IMG/VR virus record: IMGVR_UViG_3300042561_001059
Span: 19,535 to 83,534 of that record
Source: a virus
Strand: one strand, 5' to 3'
DNA: 64,000 nucleotides
This document shows, in pieces, positions 54,944 to 64,000 of the stretch. A program made the position numbers and the translations under genes. How positions within the stretch are numbered: position 1 is the first letter of the stretch; every line of letters starts with the position of its first letter. A model generated the notes under the pieces. It was given only the letters and a program-made list of their open reading frames with translations, did no database searches and was not told where the DNA came from.

Positions 54944-55909
54944 TCACTCCATCACAAACAGTTTGTTAGCCAGGACTTGAGGCTGAGCTTGGTTGATGAC
55001 GCGCCAGGCATTCTGGGGATCGCGTGCCATCACTTCGTTAAAGGTGCCCCAGAAATTTTCAGGTTGCTGAGGAGTGGCGGCAGTAGGGGGAGCAGGGAGT
55101 TGGCCGTATTGGGGATTAACGGGTTCCGTGCGGTAACCAGGAGTTTCCAATTGTTGTTCGTTTTCGTAAACGGGATAGGGACCTTCAGGACCGAAGAACT
55201 TCAGCGTGTAATCGCTGAGAACATCGGGGTTGGTCAGAATTTCGTTATAAGCTAGGTTCTCTTGATGCTCGTTGACTGCGAACTGAGCGTATCCCTGGAT
55301 CGTCTCACTTGCGCGGCTTCCCCACGCGACGGCGCTGTCCAGCATTTGCTCCAGGTTCAGAGCGTAGTTGTTCAGAATTGCCGGAGCTTCGACCCCGAAC
55401 GCGTCCATCACCTGACGGCTTTCCTGGCTCATTCCCACCAAGTCGGCTACCTGCTCCAAGGACGGAGCTGAGGAGGTTTGGGAAGAGTTGGGCGAGTAAG
55501 CCTGGTTGGGCGACCATGTCTGCGGAGCCGATTGTTGCGTAACTTGGCTGCTGACCTGACCGTAATTCGCCGGGGTAAACTGAGTCGTCGGCGCGGAGGA
55601 CTGACCCTGGAACGGGGATTGAACTGGTGCGCTCAGTAGATTCACCACCTTGTTGAACGCCGATTCCCACGGGTTGCCCTGGGCTTCCGCTGGTTGGGAT
55701 TGGGGGGCGTACTGAGTAGGGGCGGATTGGTAGCTGGGGCTCGCCTGGGGTACCGCTTGGGGGTAACTCGTACCCACCTGATACGCTTGAGGCGCCACCT
55801 GGTAGCTGACCTGTTGGTTGGACGGAGCCGGAGTCACGTAACTGCTGGGAGCTACGGCCACTGGTGCTTGGCTCGTCTGTGGGATCGATTGGACGGTAGC
55901 GTCCTGCAT
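54944..55909 (-). CDS. Putative scaffolding protein
   Basis: Q/P/S/A low-complexity N-half and helical C-half; lies between portal and MCP. Confidence 0.65.
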   Translation of the reverse strand: MQDATVQSIPQTSQAPVAVAPSSYVTPAPSNQQVSYQVAPQAYQVGTSYPQAVPQASPSYQSAPTQYAPQSQPAEAQGNPWESAFNKVVNLLSAPVQSPFQGQSSAPTTQFTPANYGQVSSQVTQQSAPQTWSPNQAYSPNSSQTSSAPSLEQVADLVGMSQESRQVMDAFGVEAPAILNNYALNLEQMLDSAVAWGSRASETIQGYAQFAVNEHQENLAYNEILTNPDVLSDYTLKFFGPEGPYPVYENEQQLETPGYRTEPVNPQYGQLPAPPTAATPQQPENFWGTFNEVMARDPQNAWRVINQAQPQVLANKLFVME

Positions 55910-57659
55910 AACTCATCTCCTTTTGTAAAGCTTCGAGAGTTCGATACAGATAAGGGGTTAAATCCAGTCTTGGATCCGCAGCCATCGGTAAGTCCGGTGA
56001 TTGCGGGTGAGGGGTCTGCATCATGCCTCCCACCAAGCGAGCGAATGAAGAATATGCATTCTGCAATTCACCCACCATCCTGAACGGGAACCCAGATAAC
56101 ATCTCGGCCCGCTCCTCATCCGTTTTTGACGGGAAGAGGTATTTCAGTGCTTCAATGCTATCAACACCTAATTCTTGTAAGTTGCGTACCACGATGGAGT
56201 TGTTAAGGATGTCCTGAGTGGAATCCTCGTAAACGGGACCAAGCCAACGCCACTGAATCGTGATGTCACCATCGGGAATAAGGCCCAACACTCCTGGTGG
56301 AATTTGTTGGGTCTTAACGCAAGCCATCATCAGACGTTTGATTTGTTCATCAAACCCACTAAGAGCGGCTCGATATAGCTGCACTTCATCTGATGACGCG
56401 TCATCGGGTGGCTCGATGGGTTTTTCAAGTCCTGCAGCGGCAGCAAGTGTTTCCTTAAATAAGCGCTCTTCTTGGAAAATGATTAGCTCAAGGCAGCGGC
56501 AAATACCGTACGTATAAACGGCAGTTGCTTTTTTCTTTGATGTAGCAGCTACACGACCAAATAACGATTTGTATTCCGTTGCTGTGACACCAGCAGAAAT
56601 TGAAAGCTCGTCAACACCACCCAGGGCGGTACGTATCTCTTCTCGATACTGACGAGCAAATGCGTTTTGATCTCCAGTAATGGCATCTGGAACGATATAA
56701 CCAACTCGATCGTTTGGTTCCAGGTTTGCAATAATGCGTGGAACCCTGATCTGACCATCAACACCTCGACTGATGGGATCAGATTTAAAGGTTGACCGAC
56801 TCAATGCGGAGCCACTAGCAAAGCCTGAGTTGGCTGCAATGGAAGGACGCTGGACGACACCATCCCCACCTGACTCAATCAGATCAGTCTTGGGACGGGA
56901 AGAAAGAAGAGTTGGGTTGCCAAAGAATTGAACGTTTTTCCGCATCGTGCGGATCATTTCATCGTGCGTAACAATGTGATTGGCAAGAGCATCAAACTCA
57001 CCAATACCTTCTGTAGAGAAGCCTTTAGGATTGTTAAAGATTTCTACACAGGGAATAAACCCGAGGGTATTTCTATAGGTCTTTGTTTTACCAGGGGCAA
57101 TGCCCATTGGTTGGTCAAAAGAAATCTCACCTTCAGAATGAGTTTCTTCAATGGATTTTCTTTTGATTGACAATCGAATATATCGTTTAGTGCCTTGACC
57201 GCCTAACGTTTCAAGACCAGAGACTGAAGACTGATTAATGTCTTGATTAAAACCAAAACCATTTTTGACTTTATAGCTGTATATGATGACGACCTCATCA
57301 AGCTCTCCATCGATGTTGTAATAGGAACGATACTCGTGTTTACGAAAGAAGTAAAGACGGTAATTATTTTGAGTAGGCCGAATATAAAACAATCCCTGGC
57401 CGTCGCACAAAAAGTAGTCCCAAATTGAATCGAGATGAGTGTCGATCTGATTGTATTTAATTACACGATCAATAAAATCTTTTCGTTGATTACCAAAATT
57501 GTCCTGAGCTGGAAAAAATTCGACACCCTGCCGGATGCCGAACATTTTCATTTGCGCCAGGTGGGCCGCAACAACGCCAGTATCTACGCCAATTCCACCG
57601 TCTTTTTCAAGGTAGGAATCAACAATTTCTTTGAGACGAGATTTAGCGTCGACAGCCAT
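55305..57659 (-). CDS. Putative portal protein with long C-terminal extension
   Basis: LCDGQGLFY, NTLGFIPCVEIFN, FFGNP; synteny TerL-portal-scaffold-MCP. Confidence 0.75.
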   Translation of the reverse strand: MAVDAKSRLKEIVDSYLEKDGGIGVDTGVVAAHLAQMKMFGIRQGVEFFPAQDNFGNQRKDFIDRVIKYNQIDTHLDSIWDYFLCDGQGLFYIRPTQNNYRLYFFRKHEYRSYYNIDGELDEVVIIYSYKVKNGFGFNQDINQSSVSGLETLGGQGTKRYIRLSIKRKSIEETHSEGEISFDQPMGIAPGKTKTYRNTLGFIPCVEIFNNPKGFSTEGIGEFDALANHIVTHDEMIRTMRKNVQFFGNPTLLSSRPKTDLIESGGDGVVQRPSIAANSGFASGSALSRSTFKSDPISRGVDGQIRVPRIIANLEPNDRVGYIVPDAITGDQNAFARQYREEIRTALGGVDELSISAGVTATEYKSLFGRVAATSKKKATAVYTYGICRCLELIIFQEERLFKETLAAAAGLEKPIEPPDDASSDEVQLYRAALSGFDEQIKRLMMACVKTQQIPPGVLGLIPDGDITIQWRWLGPVYEDSTQDILNNSIVVRNLQELGVDSIEALKYLFPSKTDEERAEMLSGFPFRMVGELQNAYSSFARLVGGMMQTPHPQSPDLPMAADPRLDLTPYLYRTLEALQKEMSYAGRYRPIDPTDEPSTSGRSSQQLRDSGSVQPTGQLPGGASSVSGGYELPPSGTPGEPQLPIRPYSVRPPIPTSGSPGQPVGIGVQQGGESTERTSSIPVPGSVLRADDSVYPGELRSGQQPSYATIGSADMVAQPGLLAQLFPNLLSSVLGAGSRLGGNEPGKPSGDGRVRGRSSGNSEQLRSEPGANAGQRRRVGKPRK

Positions 57660-57700
57660 TAACTATTTTCAACCCAATGGAATTAGTTTAACAGTTTTGA

Positions 57701-58033
57701 TTAGAAAATATATTTATTTTGAAATCCTGCTGGAAGTTGCTGACCAAGTTGAGGTCCCATGTAAAATCCTGCATTGCCCATGGGATTCATACCTTGTGAT
57801 CCCATCGCAAGAGGAAGTTGTGGACCGGCTCCTGGCATAATTCCACGGCGCATTAGCTCGTCGTTTAGCTGTTGATTTTGTTGTGTTCCTCCTTCATAAA
57901 GGCGTTTGAGCTGCTCTCCTGATCTTCCTCCTAAAGCGCCTCTACCTTTATTAATATCAAAACTTGGATTACCAGCAACGAGCCTACCTGCGTTACCTAA
58001 ATAACCACCTTGAACACCTGGAGTACCAAACAT
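57701..58033 (-). CDS. Gly/Gln-rich hypothetical protein
   Basis: ATG ORF with an upstream TAAAATAG box. Confidence 0.55.
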   Translation of the reverse strand: MFGTPGVQGGYLGNAGRLVAGNPSFDINKGRGALGGRSGEQLKRLYEGGTQQNQQLNDELMRRGIMPGAGPQLPLAMGSQGMNPMGNAGFYMGPQLGQQLPAGFQNKYIF

Positions 58034-58058
58034 ACGACTAACTTTTTCTGTTTCTATT

Positions 58059-58247
58059 TTACTCTTCTATTACTTCGTATCCGCTTTCGTCGTTAACACG
58101 AGAAAGAACAATGCCGTTTCCTTTCAAATCCCACGAAAGGATGTCGCCTTCAACCCAGCCAAGCTCTTCGATTAAATCATCTGGAAGTTCAATAAAGCAA
58201 TCGCCGTCACTACCTTCTTGAACTTCAATAATGTAATTGGCGCTCAT
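58059..58247 (-). CDS. AbrB/MazE-like small DNA-binding protein
   Basis: IELPDDLIEELGWVEGDILSW. Confidence 0.7.
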   Translation of the reverse strand: MSANYIIEVQEGSDGDCFIELPDDLIEELGWVEGDILSWDLKGNGIVLSRVNDESGYEVIEE

Positions 58248-58534
58248 TTGAAAAGTCGTTCCATCATTTTGTCCAGCTTACTATTAATCTGCTTGAAGTT
58301 GTCATGCATCTGTTGAATTTCTCTAAGAAAGTCAACTTTTAATACGTATTCCAACGGCATGCGATTGATTTGATCTTCAAAATGGTCAAGCTTAGTTCCT
58401 TGATTTTTGGTGAGGTCTGATAGTTGTTTCATTCGTTCGTGGAACCTAGAAAGAATCTTGTTCGCAGTCCAGGTTCCGCCAGAAACACCAGCAACAATTG
58501 CTGTTACTGTAAGAGCAAGATACTCTGGTCCCAC
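58244..58534 (-). CDS. Membrane-anchored coiled-coil protein
   Basis: N-terminal TM segment; MPLEYVLKVDF..KLDKM. Confidence 0.6.
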   Translation of the reverse strand: MGPEYLALTVTAIVAGVSGGTWTANKILSRFHERMKQLSDLTKNQGTKLDHFEDQINRMPLEYVLKVDFLREIQQMHDNFKQINSKLDKMMERLFK

Positions 58535-58563
58535 GGGCGTAAACTTTTTTCTTATTCTACGAT

Positions 58564-60090
58564 TCAGTAATCAACCTGCAAATTACCCTTCTTAGCCAAG
58601 CCATTGACAAGCCACACCAAGGCGTCAACGCAATCATCGTGTCCGCTAACACCAAAATTAGTAAGCTCATCAAACATGGCGGTAAAATTTCGATAACGAT
58701 TAAAGATAATTTTTCGGTCTTCAAACATACCCATGATGCCCCTAAACCTTGCCAACTTGTCCGCTCTAAAGCCTTTGACGGGGTGCCAAATTAAATTATA
58801 GAGATTGTCTCCGTTCAAACAAATTCTTTTAAAGTCTGCCTCCAAGGAAGCCTGATACTGAACAGCTTCCCCCCAAATATCACACGTATTGTAAGTTGGG
58901 AAATAATTACCGTTAGCGTCTCGCCCAACAATCGACCAATCATTAAGTAATTCTTTAAGTGCATCTAATTTTTCTAAGTTGCCCATGACTCGCATGCGGC
59001 GATAATCAATAATATGAACCTTGTCTCCAATTCGTCCACCGAGAACAAAGACGGTGTAATCGTTCTTTTCTTTAGTTCCAGCAGACAAGTCCACTCCAAC
59101 ACCCAGAGCATCAAACTCAGTTGCAATCTCTGCTTTGACAACAAGTTCAGGCGCAAGAGACAACTCATTTTGCCTGACGATTTGATTCATGTACTGGAAA
59201 GAAAAAGCAATTGGTGCTTGCCGTTTCTTCTCTTTTAGATAATCAAGAGACCACATCTCTGGCCAATAGGATTCTTCATCTCCTGTTTCGGGATTGTTTT
59301 GAATTGCTGGAAGAACAATTTGCGTCCAATTGTTTTGTGAATTAAACGTGGTTGCGTGAATATCATCATGCCTAAAGCGAGTGCCAAGACAAATGGCCCT
59401 GGCACCTTCAAACATAGTTGGTGAAATAACAGCATTCCAGTTATCCTGCATCATTTTCCTGATGTCAGGATTAGCTATGTCCGCTGAACTTTTGATCGGG
59501 TCATCGACCAACACTAGCTGACTACGCTTGGATGTAACTGAACCCTTTAGACCTGCTGCACAAAGAGTAAATTGTTCGTCACCAGTAACATCAATACCTG
59601 CAAAGCGGTGATCAATTGACCAATATTCATTACTGGTCACATTCTTAAGAAGTTTAACTACCGGAAAAACCTCTTGGTATTTTTTACTTTCAATAATTCG
59701 TTTAATGGTTGCAGATTTAGAGCGTGCAATATCAACTGTATATGACAAGTAAAGAATTTGAAGAGGCTTTTTTGCTGTGGTGTGGATGCCTATAGCCCAA
59801 GCAGTAAACAAACCAAGTACGCTCGACTTGGCTGAACCACGAGGTGCCAATAAATCAATATTTGGACCAGCGATCTTAAGAAGACAAGAGCTGTCTTGAT
59901 TTGTTATTAATTGACGATGCCATTCAATATGGTGTTTAGCCGGAGGTTTATCTGCTACGTAATCACAAAAGAAACCAAAGTCTTCCCTAGCTCTTTCAAG
60001 AAGATCTTCATCTTTATGCTTCTTAACGCGATGTTTCTGTGCTGCTGCTTGAGCATTGCGTCGATAAGCTTGATGAAGGTATGCAGGCAC
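58564..60090 (-). CDS. terL: Terminase large subunit
   Basis: APRGSAKS (Walker A), LVLVDD (Walker B), GTRF, GVDL, HDDCVDA. Confidence 0.93.
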   Translation of the reverse strand: MPAYLHQAYRRNAQAAAQKHRVKKHKDEDLLERAREDFGFFCDYVADKPPAKHHIEWHRQLITNQDSSCLLKIAGPNIDLLAPRGSAKSSVLGLFTAWAIGIHTTAKKPLQILYLSYTVDIARSKSATIKRIIESKKYQEVFPVVKLLKNVTSNEYWSIDHRFAGIDVTGDEQFTLCAAGLKGSVTSKRSQLVLVDDPIKSSADIANPDIRKMMQDNWNAVISPTMFEGARAICLGTRFRHDDIHATTFNSQNNWTQIVLPAIQNNPETGDEESYWPEMWSLDYLKEKKRQAPIAFSFQYMNQIVRQNELSLAPELVVKAEIATEFDALGVGVDLSAGTKEKNDYTVFVLGGRIGDKVHIIDYRRMRVMGNLEKLDALKELLNDWSIVGRDANGNYFPTYNTCDIWGEAVQYQASLEADFKRICLNGDNLYNLIWHPVKGFRADKLARFRGIMGMFEDRKIIFNRYRNFTAMFDELTNFGVSGHDDCVDALVWLVNGLAKKGNLQVDY

Positions 60091-60115
60091 AATAAAACCA
60101 ATCAGTTAGTTAATA

Positions 60116-61285
60116 CTAACCGAAAGCAGAAGTTCTGAACGGATCTTCTGATTGCGAAGAACGTCGATATTCATCTGCTGCTTTAGAGGCAACCAGGGCA
60201 CGTTGCTTATCAAACTCCGGTTTAGTTTCTTCTTCTTGATTTTGAGAAAGACCGGGTCCTGTTTGAGGAGAACGGTTAAACGGATTTTGAATCATCCAAC
60301 CCTCTCCTGGACGCCACTTTGATCCAGGCGTCTGTAAAGGCATAATATTACGTGGGTTATTAGTGCCTGGGGCTCTCTCCATTCCACGGGGACCCGAAGG
60401 AAGAGGATCTAAAGGAAGTATCTGTGCAATATCCTCTCCTCTGGGCCCAAACTGAGACTGTGCGACCGCTTCTCCCCTGGGACCCGTCTTTGCTTGCTTT
60501 AAGATTTCTAATAAAACTTTTCCAGGTTCTACGTTCGGTACATATTGCTTCATCACCGGATCGTATTTGACTGGTGTTGAAGGGCCACTAGGTTTCTGAG
60601 GTGTATCAGAAGAAGCAATTAAAGTTTCTGTTTCTTGTGGAGCATTATTTAAACTTGTTTCTTTGTATTGGTCTAGAAAAGACTGCGGTTCTTTAGTTTC
60701 TAGTGTAGTTTGACTTTCAACGATTGGAAGGTTTTTTTCTGGTTCGGCAAATGTTTTTGGAATGGGGTCGGCACTCTCTTTATATTGATCCAAAAAAGCT
60801 TGTGCTTCTTCGCTGCCTGATGCTGCTTGGTCTTCAACGATTGAAAGATTTTTTTCTGATTCAGGAGATTTTCTTAACGTAGAGGTATCACTTTGGATAT
60901 CAGTAAAATCTAGTTCTTCTTCTTTTGCAGGTTCAACGGGACCAACGGCTTGAATTGAAGAATAACTAACTGGCGGCGCTACAGATTCATTTTGAGTTGC
61001 TTGTGGTTGAACCGTATTTACAGGTTTATCAGTTGCTGTTCCTTGTTCTGTTTTTGATTTAAATTCATTTAAATAACTAGTTAAATAATCAATTTCCTTC
61101 TGTCTTTCAAGTACTGGAACATCTGGTCCTTTAGGTCTTAGATCAGGACCACCTCTCGCAATAATGTCTGCATACATTGGCTCCATTTGAAGCCTTTGTT
61201 GCCGAATGGTCTCTATTTCTTTTTGTAAAATTTTAATTTTTTCTTGAAGGCCTTGTTGCGTTTGTCCGTATAGTATTGTGGCCAT
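60116..61285 (-). CDS. Low-complexity hypothetical protein with internal repeats
   Basis: EKNLxIVExQ..FLDQYKE occurs twice; GPRG occurs three times. Confidence 0.6.
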   Translation of the reverse strand: MATILYGQTQQGLQEKIKILQKEIETIRQQRLQMEPMYADIIARGGPDLRPKGPDVPVLERQKEIDYLTSYLNEFKSKTEQGTATDKPVNTVQPQATQNESVAPPVSYSSIQAVGPVEPAKEEELDFTDIQSDTSTLRKSPESEKNLSIVEDQAASGSEEAQAFLDQYKESADPIPKTFAEPEKNLPIVESQTTLETKEPQSFLDQYKETSLNNAPQETETLIASSDTPQKPSGPSTPVKYDPVMKQYVPNVEPGKVLLEILKQAKTGPRGEAVAQSQFGPRGEDIAQILPLDPLPSGPRGMERAPGTNNPRNIMPLQTPGSKWRPGEGWMIQNPFNRSPQTGPGLSQNQEEETKPEFDKQRALVASKAADEYRRSSQSEDPFRTSAFG

Positions 61286-61443
61286 TATTTTGATTCTTTA
61301 CGTTTTTGTTCTTGATATTTACGAGCTTTATCTAGTGCAGCTTTACGCTTCTCCTTATCGTTCATTTCTGAACCGTCTTCTTTCTTTGCTTCTTTTTTAT
61401 TAAAATATTCCACCAACTGCGGCGGCATCTTGCCCTTCGTCAT
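61285..61443 (-). CDS. Small charged protein (below cutoff)
   Basis: MTKGKMPPQLVEYFNKKEAKKED...; coupled at both ends. Confidence 0.55.
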   Translation of the reverse strand: MTKGKMPPQLVEYFNKKEAKKEDGSEMNDKEKRKAALDKARKYQEQKRKESK

Positions 61444-61589
61444 TTGTTATTCTCCACAACGCCACGCATCCGCTCAACAAGCTGCTTATATTCAGGAGTA
61501 CCAGGATCTGGTAAACGGGCTGCTCTTCCTGGACCAAAAATGATTCCAGAACGAACAGGAATATTCTCAGGCTGTTTTTGTGGTTGCAT
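61440..61589 (-). CDS. Small hypothetical protein (below cutoff)
   Basis: MQPQKQPENIPVRSGIIFGPGRAARLPDPGTPEY...; ATGA overlap. Confidence 0.5.
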   Translation of the reverse strand: MQPQKQPENIPVRSGIIFGPGRAARLPDPGTPEYKQLVERMRGVVENNK

Positions 61590-61594
61590 CTGGT

Positions 61595-62113
61595 TTACTC
61601 ACTTAATTGCATTTTAGCCCATACAGACATTGATGCTTCTTGCAATGGGGCTTCAATTGGATCATCTTTAAAAATAGCCAATAACTCACGTATGGCTTGG
61701 TCAGCACCAGCCATCAGTAAGCCTTTGCGATCTTTTGCAGATGTATAGGATTCAACTTGGTTAATAGTTCCGCGCAACTCTTTTGTCATCGCTGCCAGAC
61801 GAGCAACACCTGCATCTCGTTTAACAGCAAAATTTTCAATATCTTCACGCAACTTTCTCATGTCTTCTTGAATTTCTTGGATCTCATTAATAAGAATTTT
61901 ACGATGGTCTGGTTTTTTATAATTAGCAGATGTCCAACCATTACAACTTGAAATAGATCCCCTGTAACCAAGGAATCTTGAATAGAGGTAAATTTCAATT
62001 ACAGAGTAAGTATTCTTAGCAAACTCAAGAAAACTTTCTTGGGTAGAGGAATCTAAATTGTCTACCCACTGATCAAATAACTCAATATCGATAAGCTCGT
62101 TGGGACTGAGCAT
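61595..62113 (-). CDS. Helical protein, candidate terminase small subunit
   Basis: Start ATG 62113; coiled-coil; lies upstream of terL. The function is a guess from position. Confidence 0.4.
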   Translation of the reverse strand: MLSPNELIDIELFDQWVDNLDSSTQESFLEFAKNTYSVIEIYLYSRFLGYRGSISSCNGWTSANYKKPDHRKILINEIQEIQEDMRKLREDIENFAVKRDAGVARLAAMTKELRGTINQVESYTSAKDRKGLLMAGADQAIRELLAIFKDDPIEAPLQEASMSVWAKMQLSE

Positions 62114-62330
62114 AGTCTCTTGCTTCGTCCGCTTGCTTAAACTCTTGCTGTTGTCCAGCAGAAGTTCGTTGCTCTCCTGCTCCTTTTCCAATAGTTTCTC
62201 GTTCTTGCTCACCAGCAGTCTCCATTTTCTTTTTGGAAAATTCGTAGGCAACACCAGCCGCCTGACGATATTTGTCTAGATCAAACCAATCGTCAATATC
62301 AGTTTGTCCAGCGGGTACACTGCTAGTCAT
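62082..62330 (-). CDS. Small protein, paralogue set member
   Basis: GQTDIDDWFDLDKYR. Confidence 0.6.
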   Translation of the reverse strand: MTSSVPAGQTDIDDWFDLDKYRQAAGVAYEFSKKKMETAGEQERETIGKGAGEQRTSAGQQQEFKQADEARDYAQSQRAYRY

Positions 62331-62340
62331 GATAATAGAT

Positions 62341-62487
62341 TTATTCCGGTTGCTGTGGAGCAGTTAAGGGTGCGTTCTTATCCATCTGTTCTTGACGACG
62401 CTTGGATTGCTGCAAGCGGTCAAGGAGAACGCGATAGTCGTCAAGATTAAAACCTTGTCCTAAAGAAGAGGAATTAGCGGTTTGCAT
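62341..62487 (-). CDS. Small protein, paralogue set member (below cutoff)
   Basis: GQGFNLDDYRVLLDRLQQSKRRQ. Confidence 0.55.
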   Translation of the reverse strand: MQTANSSSLGQGFNLDDYRVLLDRLQQSKRRQEQMDKNAPLTAPQQPE

Positions 62488-62492
62488 TTTAA

Positions 62493-62669
62493 TCAGAAGT
62501 TAGACATCATGCTTGCAAGGCCAGTGGCAAAGATGTCGCGACGACCTTCAAGAGATTTTTGACGTTGTTGACGACCTTTTGAAGATTCAAGGCGAGCAAG
62601 AAGTTCTTCAAACTTATTAATATCAAAATAGTCGTCAGCAGTCGACTGACCAACAGGAGTAGAAGTCAT
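62493..62669 (-). CDS. Small protein, paralogue set member (below cutoff)
   Basis: GQSTADDYFDINKFEELLARLESSKGRQ. Confidence 0.6.
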   Translation of the reverse strand: MTSTPVGQSTADDYFDINKFEELLARLESSKGRQQRQKSLEGRRDIFATGLASMMSNF

Positions 62670-62713
62670 TATGAAACAAAAACAGTTTCTTGATTAATTA
62701 TAGCAATCTTTAT

Positions 62714-63670
62714 TTATCCCCAGAATCCAGACACAAGATTGGAATAGAGGCTACCAGCAGCAGCAATCTTAGAAACTTCTTTAGTTCCTTCATTCTTTAA
62801 CTTCTGAGTTTCTTTGTCAATCTCACCTTGAAGATTAGTCAAACCAGCACTAAACAAATACTGCCTAGTATCACGAATATTTTGAACCTGTTCTTGAAGC
62901 TCAAAAGGAGTACCTGTAATCTCGCTTTGGAAATCAGGGGTGGCTACTTTAGTCCTACTGCCAAGATCTCCTGAGTATTGGGGAAGAAGCGACTTATCAA
63001 ATTTAAAAGTACGTTTACCACTTCGTTCGCCTTCAGCAGTAACGGTCTGCTTTCCGAACATTGTGTCATAGTAATTATCTAAATAACTTTGATTAAATTT
63101 CTTTTGATATTCCGGACTCTTGGAAAGAGAATCACGGAACTCATCAATAGAACCATAGACTTGATTCTTGAAACGCTCTTCTGCCTTAGAGATTTCTTCT
63201 TCCGAAGCCTGCCTGCCTAACGTCTCTTCATAAGCAGCCTGAATACCTGCTTTGCGCCTAGTGGGAAGCAGCCCACTGTAAGTTCTACTAAGTTCTGAAA
63301 TATCTGCTTCAATTCCTACGGGTGTATAACCCTCGCCAGAAACTACAGTATTGCCAGTAGCATCTTTGTAATCAACAGCAGCTTCTGCAGTACCAAGATC
63401 ATATTTACTTGCATAATCAGAAAGGCGCCTTTCTGCAACATCATACGTAATTAAACCTTGGTTAAGTTCTTCCAGGGTTCTTTGCTTTAAGGCGGGAAGA
63501 CCAGCAGCACCGGACTTCTTGCGAGCAATTGTTTGAATCCTTTCTTCTGCCTTGGTTTTTCCAGCCTGCTCAGTAATTCTGGCTTCTTTTTCTGTTTGTG
63601 ATTTTAAAAAGTCGGCAAAGGTTGTATCCGGCGGCGGCGGATTATATGTAACAGAAGTACCACCGTACAT
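62714..63670 (-). CDS. Hypothetical (possible virion) protein
   Basis: 318-aa ORF; AYEETLGRQA..LSKSPEY resembles a DUF4214-like motif. Confidence 0.6.
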   Translation of the reverse strand: MYGGTSVTYNPPPPDTTFADFLKSQTEKEARITEQAGKTKAEERIQTIARKKSGAAGLPALKQRTLEELNQGLITYDVAERRLSDYASKYDLGTAEAAVDYKDATGNTVVSGEGYTPVGIEADISELSRTYSGLLPTRRKAGIQAAYEETLGRQASEEEISKAEERFKNQVYGSIDEFRDSLSKSPEYQKKFNQSYLDNYYDTMFGKQTVTAEGERSGKRTFKFDKSLLPQYSGDLGSRTKVATPDFQSEITGTPFELQEQVQNIRDTRQYLFSAGLTNLQGEIDKETQKLKNEGTKEVSKIAAAGSLYSNLVSGFWG

Positions 63671-63671
63671 A

Positions 63672-63953
63672 TTATTCTCCTAGTTGTTTTTTAAACAACG
63701 AACGAACGGCAACATTTATTTCTTTCATTTTAAAATAACCTTGCGTTAATAGGGCCACTAAGGGGAGAACTTCGTTAATGTAATCCCTTAGAACATGGGC
63801 GTAAATTTTATCAACACTATCTCCTGACTCTAAAACGTTACTAATTTCCCATGCATTCCACATCGTAACATGCTGTGAAAATAACAAGTCTTTATGCTCG
63901 CAATAAAATTTGTTTGCTGGAAGCCTTACGAAAAAAATTTCTACAATAGTCAA
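63672..63953 (-). CDS. Hypothetical protein
   Basis: ORF track only. Confidence 0.4.
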   Translation of the reverse strand: MTIVEIFFVRLPANKFYCEHKDLLFSQHVTMWNAWEISNVLESGDSVDKIYAHVLRDYINEVLPLVALLTQGYFKMKEINVAVRSLFKKQLGE

Positions 63954-64000
63954 AAGGTCTTGTTTGGTTATTGTTTCAAACTCATCAAAAATATCATCAA

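Overview
A 64-kb piece of a dsDNA tailed phage genome, almost certainly a cyanophage (NblA-like genes, Dps, SpeD, cyanophage-type tail proteins). The left part (mostly + strand) holds replication and accessory genes: T7-like family A DNA polymerase (truncated at the window edge), SSB, exonuclease, primase-helicase, a Gmd/ColD-like sugar cluster with glycosyltransferases, and dcd further right. The right part (mostly - strand) holds terminase, portal, scaffold, major capsid, virion, tail-fibre and lysis genes. The main discovery is at 28062-34728. A short tyrosine recombinase converges on a GC-richer tail-fibre island studded with a 15-bp palindromic pattern, TAG-N9-CTA. I counted 13 perfect copies by eye, against about 1.4 expected at equal base frequencies and none in the flanking 26260-28913 and 34729-36928. 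The first copy is built from the recombinase's own stop codon, most lie in one codon phase inside the tail genes, and every 9-bp core differs. This suggests recombinase-driven swapping of receptor-binding modules and small gene cassettes. A second candidate system is a covarying H-type pseudoknot, repeated three times 21-22 nt upstream of start codons in the replication region. Other oddities include a tRNA-like RNA without a normal anticodon arm, a split DUF5872-like gene, a circularly permuted M23 peptidase and a 605-nt portal/scaffold overlap. All family names come from motif recognition by eye, not from database searches.
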